A stretch of DNA of 28,610 bases from Terrimicrobiaceae bacterium (GTDB taxonomy: Bacteria; Verrucomicrobiota; Verrucomicrobiia; Chthoniobacterales; Terrimicrobiaceae), in the NCBI GenBank assembly GCA_041752695.1, contig JBGSVZ010000069.1, positions 1-28,610 of the forward strand, read 5' to 3'. The notes under the pieces are model-generated. The model searched no databases and was not told the DNA's origin. It worked only from the letters and a program-made list of their open reading frames with translations. A program made the translations under genes and the position numbers. Shown piece after piece: positions 27,568 through 28,610 of the stretch. Numbering within the stretch: position 1 is the stretch's first letter; each line of letters starts with the position of its first letter.

Positions 27568-28576
27568 AAGCATTGATTATGTGGATATTTCGCCGTCGGG
27601 TGCCGTAGTTTTGTCAAGGGAGTTGACATGTGATGGTTTCGTCCACAGTGCCGAGTATAGGGTACAAACTCATATTCATGACGATCACATGACAGGATTT
27701 ACCAACAGTAAGGGTTACCAAACCCTCTTGATGAGTCAGGCTACAAAGACACTGCTGGAATTTGAATTCAACGCAGATATTGCATATAGAGAAAACATAA
27801 AAGCCGTGCCCATGGACGAGAAATACGCGCTCTCAACAGGCTCTGTCACCCTAAGAGAGAGCGGACACATGCTGGGCGCAGTTCAAGTTGAACACGAGCT
27901 TGAAAATGGAGTCAAGGTGGGCTATTCCGGTGATTTTGCCTGGCCCATGGAGAATCCAATGCAGGTTGATGTGCTAGTGGTAGACAGCACGTATGGAACC
28001 CCAAGGAAAGTAAGGGAATATTCACAAGCGTTTGCAGAGCAGGCCTTGATTAATCTTATATTTGAACTCCACAAAAAGGGGCCAATTCATATTAAGGCCC
28101 ATCGAGGAACCATATCAAGAGCTCTTCAACTTATTTCCATAGAGACAGAGATTCCTGTTTTGGGATCACCAACCAGATGTAAAGAAGCTAGAGTATATGC
28201 AGATCTGGGGTATTCTATTCGCCCATTGATCGACATCTATTCTCCTGAGGGATTGTCGGCATCGAAAGAGTCGCACATTCAAGTCTATTCGAAGGGAGAT
28301 CAGATGCCTGTAGATTATGTGGGATCTTCGATTATATTAAGTGCCTTTCTTGCGCGCCCAGATAACCCTATTACGGAATATTCGAAATGCTCGTGGGCAG
28401 TTGCGTTAACTAATCATGCGGACTTTGAAGGAACCCTTAGTTATATACAAGCTACTGGCGCAAAGCAGGTTCTTGTTGATAATCATCGTGGAGGGCATGA
28501 AGTGCCCCCGGATTTTGATCCAGTTGCTATGAGAGATTTGGTTGTTGGTTTGGGTTGGTTGCGATGTTTTGCGTAG
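27560..28576 (+). CDS. Metallo-beta-lactamase/beta-CASP nuclease; C-terminus replaced by IS sequence after 28497
   Basis: THIHDDH, SGHMLGA, YSGDF, VDSTYG and NHADF motifs. The last ~25 codons read through the IS terminal repeat. Confidence 0.82.
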   Translation: MNRSIDYVDISPSGAVVLSRELTCDGFVHSAEYRVQTHIHDDHMTGFTNSKGYQTLLMSQATKTLLEFEFNADIAYRENIKAVPMDEKYALSTGSVTLRESGHMLGAVQVEHELENGVKVGYSGDFAWPMENPMQVDVLVVDSTYGTPRKVREYSQAFAEQALINLIFELHKKGPIHIKAHRGTISRALQLISIETEIPVLGSPTRCKEARVYADLGYSIRPLIDIYSPEGLSASKESHIQVYSKGDQMPVDYVGSSIILSAFLARPDNPITEYSKCSWAVALTNHADFEGTLSYIQATGAKQVLVDNHRGGHEVPPDFDPVAMRDLVVGLGWLRCFA

Positions 28577-28610
28577 TGGAGGGCGTAGCCCGTAACGAAG
28601 CAAAACATCG
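28498..28610 (-). mobile_element. IS3-family insertion sequence end (probable IRR), running off the window
   Basis: TGAAGTGCCCCCGGATTTTGATCCAGTTGCTATG matches the left-end IR at about 22/35 positions by hand alignment. Internal hairpin CGATGTTTTGC (28562-28572) / GCAAAACATCG (28600-28610). Confidence 0.72.

Noticed and set aside
28562..28610. Hairpin as terminator of the nuclease gene
   Set aside because: It lies inside the inferred IS end and no U-tract is visible before the window ends; treated as IS-internal structure.

Overview
Bacterial window of high GC (roughly 55-60% by eye), bounded at both ends by IS3-family termini, each interrupting a gene. It has two divergent halves. (1) 993-16579, minus strand: a 17-gene, largely translationally coupled NAD+/ADP-ribose super-cluster in two transcription units, each with a sigma70-like promoter overlapped by an NrtR GT-N7-AC palindrome. 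Unit A is pncB, macrodomain, glutamine-dependent nadE, pnuC, nadR, nadK and an NMNAT-like/methyltransferase fusion. Unit B is nrtR, pncA, a compact major-vault-protein-like gene, DUF4291, kptA/tpt1, a small putative ART-fold protein, an RyR-like/Nudix fusion, ARH, a CX5R phosphatase and a second ARH. (2) 17475-28576, plus strand: a WYL-headed defence island with YhcG, an Mrr-like endonuclease, a PLD-SF2 helicase, a 59-aa gene missed by the ORF track, a CxC-hook DndD-like SMC ATPase, a Dnd-associated protein, and a lower-GC ParB / ParB-HTH / beta-CASP nuclease trio. The best candidate for an undescribed system is the mini-vault gene co-transcribed under NrtR control with three putative ART-fold genes and ADP-ribose erasers, echoing the eukaryotic MVP-PARP4 vault. 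All family calls come from motif recognition by eye; no database searches were run.
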